64,000 nt of DNA from a virus (Duplodnaviria; Caudoviricetes), in the IMG/VR virus record IMGVR_UViG_2816332591_000002, positions 1,375 to 65,374 of that record, one strand, 5' to 3'. The translations under genes and the position numbers were made by a program. The notes beneath the pieces were generated by a model that had not been told where the DNA came from, did no database searches, and saw nothing but the letters and a program-made list of their open reading frames with translations. Positions 10,301 through 19,163 of this stretch are shown piece by piece (within the stretch, counting starts at the first letter, position 1; each line of letters starts with the position of its first letter).

Positions 10301-12272
10301 CGGGCAGGCTGTTCTTCAGTCCGTTCAGTGCCCGGGTAAAGATGGGCATCACGGCAGGCTGCAGCGACATGGACCACGCCTTGAACGCCGAGCGGAGCGA
10401 CAGGAAGGCGTTGAACGTCTCGCGAGCACTCGGGCTGAGCTTAGCGAGGGCCTGCCGGTACTTCTCCTGCGCCGTCGCCGCCGCGTTCGCCCCGCCAGCC
10501 GCCGACAACTGCGCAGCCTGGATCTGACGCTGCGCCGAAGCGACGCTGTCCGCTGCAGACTGCTGAGTCGCGACGAGCTGCTGCTGGGCACGCGCGACGG
10601 ACCGCGCCCCGTCCTCCTGGACGCGGGCCACGTTCCTCTGAGCGGCAGCGACCTTGTCCTGAGCGGCGGCGATGGCCTGCTGGTTCTGGATCTGCGTGCG
10701 GGCCGCATCCTGCTGCGCCGTCGCGAGATTCTTCTGCTGCGTGGCGACACCGCGGCGTGCCGCGGCGAGGCGTTCCTCCGCCGAGCGGACGGTCTCCGAC
10801 CCGGCGACACCGGCCTTGTCCGCCGTGGCCTTCTCGGCCGCCAGCCGCCTGGTGTCGAGCTGCTGCTCCTTGAGCCGCTGCAGCGCCTGGTCGTAGGCGA
10901 GCTGCGCGCGCTGCTGGTCCAGCAGCGACGCCCGCGATCCGGCGGCGCGGGTGGCCTCCAGACGGGCGCGGGCCTCCTGTACGGACAGCGCCGCGTCCCG
11001 CTCCGACAGTTGCGCGTCGGCGAGCCGGTTGGAGAGGTCCTCCAGCTCCATCGCCGCGTCGCGACGGGCCTGTGTGAGGTCCTGCTGCGCCTGGCGGGCG
11101 GTGCGCTGCGCGTCCGCGAGGGACTGCTCGGCCTGCTGGACACGCTCGTTCGCGGCCCGGCTGCGGTCCGCGGCCTGCTGGTAGGCGTCCGCGAGCGCCT
11201 GCCGGGCCTGCTTGACCTGATCTGCGGCGTTGGCGTTGTTCTGCGCGGCGGTACGGACGGCGTCGGTGACGCCCTGCTCGGCCTGCGCGATCTGCCGGGC
11301 CGCGTTGCGATGCGCGGTCGCCAGAGCCTGCTGCGCCCCGGCCATCTGCAGGGAACGCTGCGCAGCTTGAGCCGCCGCCTGCCCGCCGTTCGCAGTGGCG
11401 GTGGCTGCGGCGTCCTGTGCCTGCTTCTGCGCGTCCAGGGCGCCCTTGATGCCGACGAAGGCGGGGATGGCGACAGCGGCGAGCGCGCCAACGCCGACGC
11501 CAGCGGCCACGGCCGACGAGGCGATGGCGCCGATCCCCGCCGCCAGCACCGGGATCGCGGGGATCGCTGCGACACCGGCCAGTGCGACGGTGAGCTGGAA
11601 GACCGCCGACAGCGCGCCGGAGGTGTCAACATCGATGCGGGCGGTCTTGCCGTCGACCGCCTCGATCTCCGCACGGACCGCAGCCAGCTCGGCCGCAGCC
11701 GACGCCGTGTCCGCGCGGACCTGGACGTTCGGGTGCTCGGCGCCGAGCCGGGTCAGCTCGGCTTCGATCAACCTGATCTCCGCCTTGGCGGCCTCGGCGT
11801 CGATGTCGATGCCGATCCGCTTGCCCGCCAGGGTCTCCATCCGGACCCGCAGCGCCTGCAGGTCGGAGTCGGCCTCGCTCGTGTCAGCGCCGATCTGCAG
11901 CTTCGGCAGCGACCGGAACGCGGCCTCCAGGCGCGTCTTCAGCGACCGGGAGAACGCCCCGCCGGTCTCGTCGCCCTGCCGTACTGCGGCGGCACGAGCC
12001 TGCGCGCCCCCCTGGGTGACGCCGGCGCGCATCGAGTCGCGCACCGACGCGGTGATCCGCGCCGCCATCTGGCGGCCGATCTCCTCACCGATGCGCAGGC
12101 CGATGCCGCCGACCTCACGCTGCATGGCCGAGCCGAACGACTGGCCAGCGCTGCGGCCGGCGTCGCTGCCCGCCCGGGAGCCGGCGGGCTCCAGCTGGGA
12201 GCGCAGCCTTCCGTAGACCCCCTGGGTGTTGGGGACGACGTCGACCTCGACCGAGCCAACGCTGATTGCCAC
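7368..12272 (-). CDS. Tape measure protein with C-terminal M23 peptidase and lytic transglycosylase domains
   Basis: 1634 aa, Ala/Gln coiled coil and Trp repeats; HTGLDF...YAH...TGPHLHLE (M23); RESGWNPRAIN..D..SQGLAQ (SLT). Confidence 0.95.
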   Translation of the reverse strand: MAISVGSVEVDVVPNTQGVYGRLRSQLEPAGSRAGSDAGRSAGQSFGSAMQREVGGIGLRIGEEIGRQMAARITASVRDSMRAGVTQGGAQARAAAVRQGDETGGAFSRSLKTRLEAAFRSLPKLQIGADTSEADSDLQALRVRMETLAGKRIGIDIDAEAAKAEIRLIEAELTRLGAEHPNVQVRADTASAAAELAAVRAEIEAVDGKTARIDVDTSGALSAVFQLTVALAGVAAIPAIPVLAAGIGAIASSAVAAGVGVGALAAVAIPAFVGIKGALDAQKQAQDAAATATANGGQAAAQAAQRSLQMAGAQQALATAHRNAARQIAQAEQGVTDAVRTAAQNNANAADQVKQARQALADAYQQAADRSRAANERVQQAEQSLADAQRTARQAQQDLTQARRDAAMELEDLSNRLADAQLSERDAALSVQEARARLEATRAAGSRASLLDQQRAQLAYDQALQRLKEQQLDTRRLAAEKATADKAGVAGSETVRSAEERLAAARRGVATQQKNLATAQQDAARTQIQNQQAIAAAQDKVAAAQRNVARVQEDGARSVARAQQQLVATQQSAADSVASAQRQIQAAQLSAAGGANAAATAQEKYRQALAKLSPSARETFNAFLSLRSAFKAWSMSLQPAVMPIFTRALNGLKNSLPGLTPFVLAAARAITALQARVSAGFKSPWWKSFKADLAASVIPALTGLGTSFGRVFKGMAGIIQAFLPHMDHISQRMQALTGRFANWGTSLKGSPEFERFLSYASKTAPLLSGALRQIGSAFLSIGQALSPISGPLLTGIAELARGIAIIATHAPWMIQAIYLIIVAVKLWTIAQIALNAAMSANPIVLIGIAIAALVAGIVWAYNRFSWFRTGVQAVWTGIQTVALWAWNTVLKPVFNAFAAAFRAVAAAATWLWQNVLQPVFSFIWTAARVLFAIVVVAVLLPIQLAVRAVGAIFSWLWRNIISPVTGWIAARVVWLYQNFIQPQLWLVRAAVSAVGAGFSWLWRNIVLPVLGWIGARIGWLYRNIVQPTFYAVRLALHATGSVFSWLYQNIIRPVMGWIGDRIGWVWRTLIKPVFDAIKISVGLVGRAFGTAKDAIKKSWDQVVDVTKKPVNFVIKWVYTNGIKKLWDGVASWVGLGKLPDAPKLLAAGGTVGNGWGAAAPMKVNKPTAIVGEGNPRYPEYVIPTDPRYRGRALALHAAAGTQLMEDGGILGSIWGGIKSGAGWLVDRGKDVLKAAGSVAAGALEPFFRAGMGVVDGVLKRIPGADTGLGKVVRAIPQKVAGGILSFLRGQDEQSMGGGQWAKPVNTSYGTRFGVAGSMWSSGRHTGLDFPAATGTPVRAVAAGTVSQVATGGPYGQHVQINHGGGLSSLYAHMSAILTTLRARVAQGQQIGRVGATGNVTGPHLHLEARLNGRPVDPMPYLTGGGGAIGGAIPSGQRRAIISQALAAAHVPPPGTLPQWLAGMNTLISRESGWNPRAINRWDSNARAGHPSQGLAQTIPSTWSAYVPASLRSRGILDPVANVAAAVRYIVSRYGNISRVQQANANRPPAGYDSGGYLQPGLNLAYNGTGRPEPVLTVQQMNALTGAAVRGSDGANLGDLHVQVYVGDREIADIARAEVRRSNGQLVQTLRAGRR

Positions 12273-12291
12273 GGGAGCCTCCTCCCGTGCG

Positions 12292-13109
12292 CTACGCGGC
12301 GCCTCCGTTGATCAGGCGGAACAAGGTCTCGGCCGCGGCCTCGGTCATGGCGGCGGGCTTCTTCTTGCGGGGTACGGCGCCCGGTCGGCGCAGCGGCTCC
12401 GGCGGATTCGGCCTGTCGCGTTTCTTCTCGGTGTTCGCCGCGATCAGCGCGTACTCAATGCGGCCGAGCCGGTCGTACACCGCGGCCAGCAGCTGCTCGG
12501 CCTGCGACCAGCGGCCCTTCTCCGGCTCACCCTCGCCCGCCTGCCGCTCCAACTCGTCAGCAGGGGTGGCGTTGCGCAGCGCCGTCATGGTGTGCGACTC
12601 CGGCGGCAGATGCTGGATGATGACTCGCAGCCGCCGCCACGTCATCCGGCCGCGGTGCACGTCCAGCACATCGATGCCGCGCTCCAGAAGGTCGGCCTCT
12701 ACCGCCTCCGCGTGCGCCTGGATGACCGATTGGGTCCACGCGATTTCCCCAGGCTCTCACCGGAGCGTCGCGCCGCTTCTTCGACGAACGCCTCGAACTC
12801 GTCGTTCGTCGGGTCGATGTCGAAATAGAGGTCGAGGTCGTCGGGGTGCACGACGTTCTGCGCAAACGCAAGGAACTGGCCCTGCGCCAGGCTGGCCTGC
12901 CATGACTGGCGCCACGCTCCAGGCGGCAGGACCCGGATCTCTTCGTCGGCGAGCCGGGCGGTCACGTAACGCCCCTCGGCCTCGATCTCCTGCGCCTCGG
13001 CGGCCGTCGCTTCCTCGTCGGTGTAATCCTCTTCGACGGGCTCCGTCACGGCGGGCGGGCGGACGGTACGCGTCTTGCGAGTGGTGGTGCTGCGGCTGTT
13101 CGCGGCCAT
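12292..13109 (-). CDS. Tail assembly chaperone pair (G / GT) joined by a programmed -1 frameshift
   Basis: ORF 12699-13109 contains CTG GGG AAA TCG (12742-12753); the -1 frame reads IAWTQSVIQAHAEAVEADLLERGID into ORF 12292-12669; canonical position before the tape measure gene. Confidence 0.88.
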
Positions 13110-13198
13110 GGCGCGGGCCTCCTTCTATCCAGCGGCGCGGGCGAGGGGGTAGGTGGGCGGGCCGGGCCCGCGCCGACGGTGTCGGCCCGCCCACCAGC

Positions 13199-13783
13199 TC
13201 AGGAACTCGGCGTCGGCGGCGTTGCCGGAACCGAATCCGAGTGGTAGACGGTGTTGCCCGCCGAGTCCGGGTATGCGGTGATGGTGATCTCGTAGCCGCT
13301 CATCTCGTCCTGTTTGAAGGACACGTCGGAGCGGTCCGAGACCTCGCCCTGCGGCACGTAGAAGCCGCGGGCGCTGTCACCGTCGATGACGAGGAACCGC
13401 CATGCCCGGCGGTCCGGGGACGGGCTCGCGGTCTCCGCGAACGACGTGATTCCGCCGACGGGCTCCAGGTCGGCGGCGGGGATGCGGTACATGATGGACT
13501 GCACCGCTACCCGCGACGTCTCCCACAGCGTCATCTGGAACGTCCGCACGCTCTTCGTGATCTGCGTGCGGAACGGGCTGGTCTGCCCCCACGGCGTGAA
13601 CTCCTGCGAGTCCTCGTCGAAGCCGTAGGTCAGGCCGTCGTCCGAGATGGCGCCGAGCGGCTCCCAGGGGACGGCCGGCTGCACCAGCGGCGAGGTCGGC
13701 GCGGCCGTGCCGAGGGGGGCGACCCAGCCGCCGCCGTTGGCGCCGACGATGGTGAGATCCGCGGCGCGGGTGATCGAAACCAT
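13199..13783 (-). CDS. Major tail (tube) protein
   Basis: LGAISDDGL..., FTPWGQ, YEITITAYPD motifs; start MVSITRAAD. Confidence 0.9.
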   Translation of the reverse strand: MVSITRAADLTIVGANGGGWVAPLGTAAPTSPLVQPAVPWEPLGAISDDGLTYGFDEDSQEFTPWGQTSPFRTQITKSVRTFQMTLWETSRVAVQSIMYRIPAADLEPVGGITSFAETASPSPDRRAWRFLVIDGDSARGFYVPQGEVSDRSDVSFKQDEMSGYEITITAYPDSAGNTVYHSDSVPATPPTPSS

Positions 13784-13850
13784 GGTGTCTCCAGACATGG
13801 GTGGGCCCGCGCACGGGCGGGTCAGGGTCCGGCGCGGGCCCATCCGGTCG

Positions 13851-14237
13851 TCAGGAGACCGGGTGCAGGTAGATCTCGTAGGTGGCGCCGTAGCGGCGCA
13901 GGTTCGGGTTCTCGTAAGGCCGCTTGGCGGGGCGGGCGACCGTGGCGACCTTGCCGACGACCGCCTCGGGCAGCGACGAGCCCCGCAGCTCGCCCAGCAG
14001 CAGATGGCGGATCTGCCCGGACATCGCCGAGGCGGCCACGGAGTCCGCGGCGTACACGTCGATGTCCAGCAGGGCGCGCTCCAGGCGCAGCCCGTCATCG
14101 TCACCGGCCGGAAGGGCTTCGACCTGCACGACCGGCAGTTCATCGAGCAGGTCGTTGCCCAGTTCGTCGCGGGCGTCGTAGCCGCGCTCCCGCAGCCAGC
14201 CGATCAGCAGCGTCTCGACGTCCGGCCAGCCCGTCAT
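13851..14237 (-). CDS. Tail terminator protein
   Basis: MTGWPDVETLLIGWL...LDIDVYA...RRYGATYEI; position in module. Confidence 0.8.
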   Translation of the reverse strand: MTGWPDVETLLIGWLRERGYDARDELGNDLLDELPVVQVEALPAGDDDGLRLERALLDIDVYAADSVAASAMSGQIRHLLLGELRGSSLPEAVVGKVATVARPAKRPYENPNLRRYGATYEIYLHPVS

Positions 14238-14560
14238 CGGCCGCCTGCGGCAGCGGCCCGCAGCAGCACGTGGTGGGCGTGGACGCGTTCGGTGCCGTAC
14301 TCGACGAACCTCGCGTAGTAGGCAGTGTTGGCGACGGTGGCGACCGCGCGGTCCCGGCGTCGACCGCCGCGCCGCGTGCTGCTGACGCGGAAGGACGCCT
14401 TGTAGGTGCCCGGGTGCGGGTCGGACGGGCCGCCGACCGGGGCGATCGCCTGCCCCACGCTCTCGATGACCTCGGCGCGGCGCCGCATCTCCGCCTCGAT
14501 CTGCGGGCTCCTGAGGAGTTCTCCGACGCCCCTCTTCTTCATGCGGAATCGGGCTGCCAA
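14234..14560 (-). CDS. HK97 gp10-like head-tail/tail completion protein
   Basis: AIAPV...G.YKASF...YARFVEYGT motif. Confidence 0.8.
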   Translation of the reverse strand: MAARFRMKKRGVGELLRSPQIEAEMRRRAEVIESVGQAIAPVGGPSDPHPGTYKASFRVSSTRRGGRRRDRAVATVANTAYYARFVEYGTERVHAHHVLLRAAAAGGR

Positions 14561-14594
14561 GATGGGCCTCCTTCAACATCACCTAGGGGGCGGC

Positions 14595-14927
14595 GTGGAA
14601 GTCAAAGGCGTGCAGGCGAGCATCAGCTTCGACGGCGAATGGATCACCATCACGAAGAAGGCAGTCGGCTCCCGGCCGGTCGACCACCGGCTCAGCGTCC
14701 GCAGCATCACCGGCACCACGCTCAAACCGGCGACGAGGCTGTTCCACGGCTACATCCAGTTCCTGCTGCCCGGCACCGAACCGGCCCGCGAGAGCAAGAG
14801 CCTCATCACCGGCGGCAGGCCACCGCACGACGACCGCAACAGTCTGTCCATCCCCTACCGGTCGAATGACGCCGCGGCGAAGCTCGTGGCAGCCATCGAG
14901 GAGGCGCGCGCGCGGCTCAGCCCGTGA
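14595..14927 (+). CDS. DUF4429-like protein (antisense moron in the head-tail module)
   Basis: VKGVQASISFDGEWITI...KPATRLFHGYIQF motif; GTG start with AGGGGG RBS; fills the gap between two minus-strand genes. Confidence 0.75.
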   Translation: MEVKGVQASISFDGEWITITKKAVGSRPVDHRLSVRSITGTTLKPATRLFHGYIQFLLPGTEPARESKSLITGGRPPHDDRNSLSIPYRSNDAAAKLVAAIEEARARLSP

Positions 14928-15279
14928 CCCGGTCCGCAGCGAACTGGACGGGTCCGCGGGTTCCGGTGAAGGGGTTGCGTCCCCAGTCGCCGGGCTCGCC
15001 TGTGATGTCGCAGGTCTCGCCGCGGATGCGCACTTGGTCGGTGGTGAGCCAGTCCGAGCCCGCCGGGGCATACACCGTCCAGCCGACGATCACCGTGTCC
15101 CGGCCCTGCTGCTGTGCACCGCCCACGGGCGGGGTCTCGGCCCGCGGCGTCACCACGCAGCCCCGGATTGGCGTCTCGGTGGCCGGACCCGGGATCGGCT
15201 TGCCGCGCTCGTCCCGGCCCGGTGACGGGCCGCGCCGCAGCCGCACCACCGTCTCGCCATACGGGTACGGGGCAGGCAT
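14917..15279 (-). CDS. Head closure / head-to-tail stopper
   Basis: GETVVRLR..., TVYAP, DQVRIRGE, GEP..W..PFTG motifs. Confidence 0.8.
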   Translation of the reverse strand: MPAPYPYGETVVRLRRGPSPGRDERGKPIPGPATETPIRGCVVTPRAETPPVGGAQQQGRDTVIVGWTVYAPAGSDWLTTDQVRIRGETCDITGEPGDWGRNPFTGTRGPVQFAADRVTG

Positions 15280-15696
15280 CTACGTCCACCCCCAGCCCGG
15301 CTCCCACTCCAGCCCGGGGCCGTAGGTGTCGTCGATCGGCCAGGTCGGCGACGGGTCCGCGGTCGCGGGCGTCGGGTCGACGGTGAACGCCCCGCCCCGC
15401 CCGGCGGCAGCCTTCAGGGCGGACTTGTCGGCCTTCGTCAGGTACAGGCCGCCCGAGCCGGACGGCCGCTGCACCGACGCAGGGCCGATCGTTTCGTAGG
15501 TGATCTGCCCGGGGTTCAGGTACGCCCGCCCGGCCACGGACAGGACGACGGTGTCGGCTTCATCGGGCAGCGGCTTGACGACCGTCAGGCAGAGGTTCAC
15601 GGCCTTGGTGATGAGGAAGTCGGCGCGGGCCCCGTTGATCTCGGCGAGGTCCAGCGAAAGAGCGAGATCTTCGGCCGTCGGAGTCACGAACGCCAC
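15280..15696 (-). CDS. Head-to-tail adaptor
   Basis: VVLSVAGRAYLNP..., ETIGP, GGLYLTKAD motifs; GTG start with AGGAGG RBS. Confidence 0.8.
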   Translation of the reverse strand: MAFVTPTAEDLALSLDLAEINGARADFLITKAVNLCLTVVKPLPDEADTVVLSVAGRAYLNPGQITYETIGPASVQRPSGSGGLYLTKADKSALKAAAGRGGAFTVDPTPATADPSPTWPIDDTYGPGLEWEPGWGWT

Positions 15697-15706
15697 GGGG
15701 CACCTC

Positions 15707-16711
15707 CTAGGCCAGGGCCTCCACGGCGTCACACCAGGCAGCGAGGTCAGCCGCCGGGTCAAGCTCTGCGGAGCGGGCGCGGGCCCGCTTTGTCGCGAGC
15801 CGGTACTCGGCAGGGGTCTGTAGCTTGCGCAGCACCGCCTCGTAGCCGTCGACGTCACCGCGGTCCACGAAGATCCCGGCCTCACCGAGCGACTCACACA
15901 GGCCCGGGGTGGGGTGCGCGATGACGGGGATGCCGGAGGCGAGCGCCTCGACGCCCGCCCGGCCCCACGACTCGTAGGAGGAGGGCATCAGCAGCACGCG
16001 GGTGCGGCTGTAGACCTTCTCCCGCATCTCGGCGCCGTCTGTGTGCTCGACGACCTCGACGTTCGGCAGGTCCGGCAGGATCTGTTCGCCATAGGCGCCG
16101 CGCACGGCGAGGAACTCCGTGTCGGGCATCCGGCGGGCCAGCGCCTCCAGGACGCGCCCGCCCTTCTCTGCATTGCAGTTGATCAGCGTGACGGCCTTGC
16201 CGGGCCTCGTTCGGTACTCCTCGGCGAACACCGGAGGGCGCACGATCAGCGACGACTCCGGGCGGACCGCCTTCGGGTACTCGGCGAAGAACAGCTCCGC
16301 CTCCGCCTGCATCCACTGCGAGTTGTAGACCGCGAGGGCCGTACCACCAGCCGCCATGTGTCGGAAGGTGGCGGCGTGGGTGTTGTGGCAGACGACCACG
16401 ACCGGCTTGCCATAGCCGCGGGCCAGTGCCGACGTCGACGGCACGCACTCCAGGTGCGAGACCAGCACATCGGCCCGGCGTACCACCGTCGCGAAGTCCA
16501 GCCTCGCCTCCAGCGGCACGACCCGCACGCCCCGGTACTCGTAGGGCTCGTGAGCCTTGCCGTACCGGGACAGCCACACCTGCACGTCGTGACCGCGCTC
16601 CACCAGCGGCCGGAGCATGCTGACGAGCATGTGCTCGGCGCCCGCATTGTGCTCCGGCGGCATAGCGTGCACACGGGCCACGATGGACAGCGGCCTGGCC
16701 GCCCCGGACAT
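15707..16711 (-). CDS. GT-B fold glycosyltransferase (GT4-like)
   Basis: NAGAE N-terminal motif, EKGG, and LMPSSYESWGRAGVEALASGIPVIA (E-x7-E) signature. Confidence 0.9.
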   Translation of the reverse strand: MSGAARPLSIVARVHAMPPEHNAGAEHMLVSMLRPLVERGHDVQVWLSRYGKAHEPYEYRGVRVVPLEARLDFATVVRRADVLVSHLECVPSTSALARGYGKPVVVVCHNTHAATFRHMAAGGTALAVYNSQWMQAEAELFFAEYPKAVRPESSLIVRPPVFAEEYRTRPGKAVTLINCNAEKGGRVLEALARRMPDTEFLAVRGAYGEQILPDLPNVEVVEHTDGAEMREKVYSRTRVLLMPSSYESWGRAGVEALASGIPVIAHPTPGLCESLGEAGIFVDRGDVDGYEAVLRKLQTPAEYRLATKRARARSAELDPAADLAAWCDAVEALA

Positions 16712-17673
16712 CAGCTGCCGCTCGGCGTGCCGGTGAACTTGACGAACGCCTCAGCGTCGCCGAGGACGAAACCGTAGTACGCCTCCGCGAGCAGGAGAAC
16801 GAGGTTCTCCTGGAACGCGGAGTGCACGCCGCCGTCCTCGTCGATGTACGTCGCCTCGCGGCTGAGCTTGATACTGATCTCCATGCCGACGCCGTAGGCC
16901 GCCTGCGTCCAGTCCCCACCGACCGCGCGGAGCCCGGAGTCCACCGAGGTGGACTGACGGCGCAGCTTGCCGGACACGCTACGGGAGTAGGCGATCGGCT
17001 CTCCGATCAGCTCACCCTGCAGCGCCGCGCCGGTACCGGCGCCCGGCTGGCGGGTCGCCACGAACAGCGGCTCGCCCGTCGTAGAGGTGGCGGCCAGCAG
17101 CTTGGGCTTCAGCCTGTTGTCGGCGACGGTGCCGGTGTAGTCCCAGTCGTCGTCGATGATCTCTTCCATGCCCTTGACGAAGTCGCCCCAGATACCGCCG
17201 TTGGACTGGCCGGTCGTGCCGAGGGAGACAGCCTTCGCCGTGGCCGTCAGGTGGTCCTGGAAGGGCCCGGATCCGCCCTTCATGTTCTTGCCGTGGATCG
17301 TGGCCATGTCGAAAGCGCGGGCGAACGCGGTCGGCAGGTCGCGCTGCAGCTGCGTCCACAGGCCAGCCGCGTTGCTGCTCGCGACCTCCATGGACACGGG
17401 GATGAGCACGGCCAGCTTCTTGCCGCTCATCTGCTTGACCTCGACACCGCCGCTGGACAGCGGCTTGCGGCCACCTTCAGACACCCAGTCGGCCATCGGC
17501 ACGTCGAGCGGGACCGGGACCGCGGTGTTCGCCGTCATCGACAGCGGCACCCGGCGGGCCAGGCTCATCACTGCGGAGCCTTCGACGGACTTCTCGAAGA
17601 TGGGGCCGACCAGCGTCTCCGGCAGGAAGACGGGGTCGATGGTGGACAGCTTGATCGGGTTGGTGGCTGCCAT
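16711..17673 (-). CDS. Major capsid protein (HK97 fold)
   Basis: ADWVSEGGRKP, KKLAVLIPVSME, AFQENLVLLLAEAYYGF motifs. Confidence 0.93.
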   Translation of the reverse strand: MAATNPIKLSTIDPVFLPETLVGPIFEKSVEGSAVMSLARRVPLSMTANTAVPVPLDVPMADWVSEGGRKPLSSGGVEVKQMSGKKLAVLIPVSMEVASSNAAGLWTQLQRDLPTAFARAFDMATIHGKNMKGGSGPFQDHLTATAKAVSLGTTGQSNGGIWGDFVKGMEEIIDDDWDYTGTVADNRLKPKLLAATSTTGEPLFVATRQPGAGTGAALQGELIGEPIAYSRSVSGKLRRQSTSVDSGLRAVGGDWTQAAYGVGMEISIKLSREATYIDEDGGVHSAFQENLVLLLAEAYYGFVLGDAEAFVKFTGTPSGS

Positions 17674-17688
17674 CGGGGGCTACCTCTC

Positions 17689-18291
17689 TCAGTGGCCCCG
17701 TTCGAGGCCCTGTCTCATGAAGTCGGCGAACACTGCCGCCGGATCGTTGGGGGTGCGGTTGCCGTTGCCCGAGGAGCCTTGAGAGCGGTCCGGAGCCGGA
17801 CGCCGCGAGCCGGTGTCGGCCGGCTTCGCGAGGTGCGGCTTGCGCTTCAGCAGGTCCTTGAGGTCCTTGCTGATCGCGGACGTGTCCACGTCGCCGTCCT
17901 CGTCGACGTAGGCGCCGAGATCGAGGAAGGCGTGCGCGTCCTCCGGATCCGCGAACTCGGCCGCGGCCAGGGCCTTCACCTCGGCGCGCACCGTCCGCTG
18001 CTGGATCGCCGCGATACGCTCCGCGGCGGCCTGGAGCTGGCTCGTGAGCCGCTCCGCCTCCGACTTCTGCGCCTCCTCGGCCTCCCGCGCCTTCTCGGCG
18101 AGGGGCTCCAGCTCCTTGGCCTTGGTGCGGTGCTTCGCGGCCTCGCGCCGGAGCTTCTCGATCTCCTTGCGGGCCTTCTCCGGGTCGTGCCACGGATCCG
18201 TCGCGCCACCCTCCGGGGGCTGCTCCGCGTCGGTCTCCTGCGGCTCCGGCTGCTCCTCGACGCTCTGCTCGGGCTCTTCGTTCTCGGGCAT
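17689..18291 (-). CDS. Capsid scaffolding protein
   Basis: Acidic N-terminus, LRREAAKHR and KSEAERL coiled coil, KPHLAK; upstream of the capsid gene. Confidence 0.85.
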   Translation of the reverse strand: MPENEEPEQSVEEQPEPQETDAEQPPEGGATDPWHDPEKARKEIEKLRREAAKHRTKAKELEPLAEKAREAEEAQKSEAERLTSQLQAAAERIAAIQQRTVRAEVKALAAAEFADPEDAHAFLDLGAYVDEDGDVDTSAISKDLKDLLKRKPHLAKPADTGSRRPAPDRSQGSSGNGNRTPNDPAAVFADFMRQGLERGH

Positions 18292-18350
18292 GGCTGTGTC
18301 GCCCTCCAGGGGCTGAGAAAGGCCGCCACCAGGGCAGCCGCGGGGGTTGG

Positions 18351-19163
18351 TCAGTGCGCTTCCGGCAGCGGATGCCGGTCGTGCTCGGCGAGCGCCCGCC
18401 GGAACCGGCGGAGCTGGTCGCCCGGGTGGCCCGCCGCGTACTCCTGGTACAGGCGGTCCCACTCCGCAGCATGCGGGGACAGCTCGAACCGCTGCCCCCG
18501 GAAGACGGGAACGATCGTGCAGTGGCAGTTGTCGTGGAACTTCACGACGGAGGCGTCACCGCTGAACCGCTCGTCGGCCTCGCGACCAGCCGTCCCGGCG
18601 GTCTTGTAGACCGCGCCCCGGCTGGCCATGAGCTTGCAGAACGAGCAGCCGCCAAGGGCGGCGGCCCGCGCGTAGGCGACCGCATCGCGGTCCCGGGCGA
18701 CGGCCTGCCGGACCACGTCCCGCCCCTGGTCGGTGATCAGCTTCTGCGCGACGGCCTCGGCCTTCCGCTGCGCCTGCTCCAGCCGCGTCTCCAGCGGTTC
18801 GAGCTGCGCCTCGGTGGCCTGCTCCGGGCTTCGCGGCCACAGATCTTTCGTCGCCCACCGCAGGCTCGCATCCACCTGCTCGTCCGGCGGCGGGTCCAGC
18901 AGCGGTACCGCGAACCGGCCCGCGGCGCCAGCTGCGAGGCGCTGCGCCTCGTAGTAGTCCGCGGCCAGCGACTGTGACGCCTGCCCGTACTGGCCGATCA
19001 GCTCGCGCACCGCGTCGATCCAGTCCGGCAGCGTCGCCCGCAGCCTCGACAGGACGATCAGGCGACGGAGTCTGCGCGTGTCCCGCACCAGCAGCCTGGT
19101 CAGGCCACGTTGCGCGGCCCGCTGCCGGTCCGCGGCGCCACCGTCAGAAACCGCCGTCGCCAC
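18351..19163 (-). CDS. Capsid maturation / MuF-like minor head protein
   Basis: CSFCKLMASRGAVY and FHDNCHCTIVPVF motifs. Confidence 0.8.
   Translation of the reverse strand: MATAVSDGGAADRQRAAQRGLTRLLVRDTRRLRRLIVLSRLRATLPDWIDAVRELIGQYGQASQSLAADYYEAQRLAAGAAGRFAVPLLDPPPDEQVDASLRWATKDLWPRSPEQATEAQLEPLETRLEQAQRKAEAVAQKLITDQGRDVVRQAVARDRDAVAYARAAALGGCSFCKLMASRGAVYKTAGTAGREADERFSGDASVVKFHDNCHCTIVPVFRGQRFELSPHAAEWDRLYQEYAAGHPGDQLRRFRRALAEHDRHPLPEAH

Noticed and set aside
7366-10377. N-terminal 1000 aa of the 1746-aa ORF 5137-10377
   Set aside because: Alternative frame over the tape measure gene; the credible start is the GTG at 7365 behind a strong RBS
7806-12311. 1501-aa plus-strand ORF (also 4123-5979, 12266-14869, 21572-23512, 32571-34385, 48997-51075)
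   Set aside because: Antisense shadows of real minus-strand genes; high-GC codon bias suppresses stops, and the translations have no recognisable motifs
12292-13109. Tail chaperone frameshift as a novelty
   Set aside because: Well-known, conserved feature of long-tailed phages
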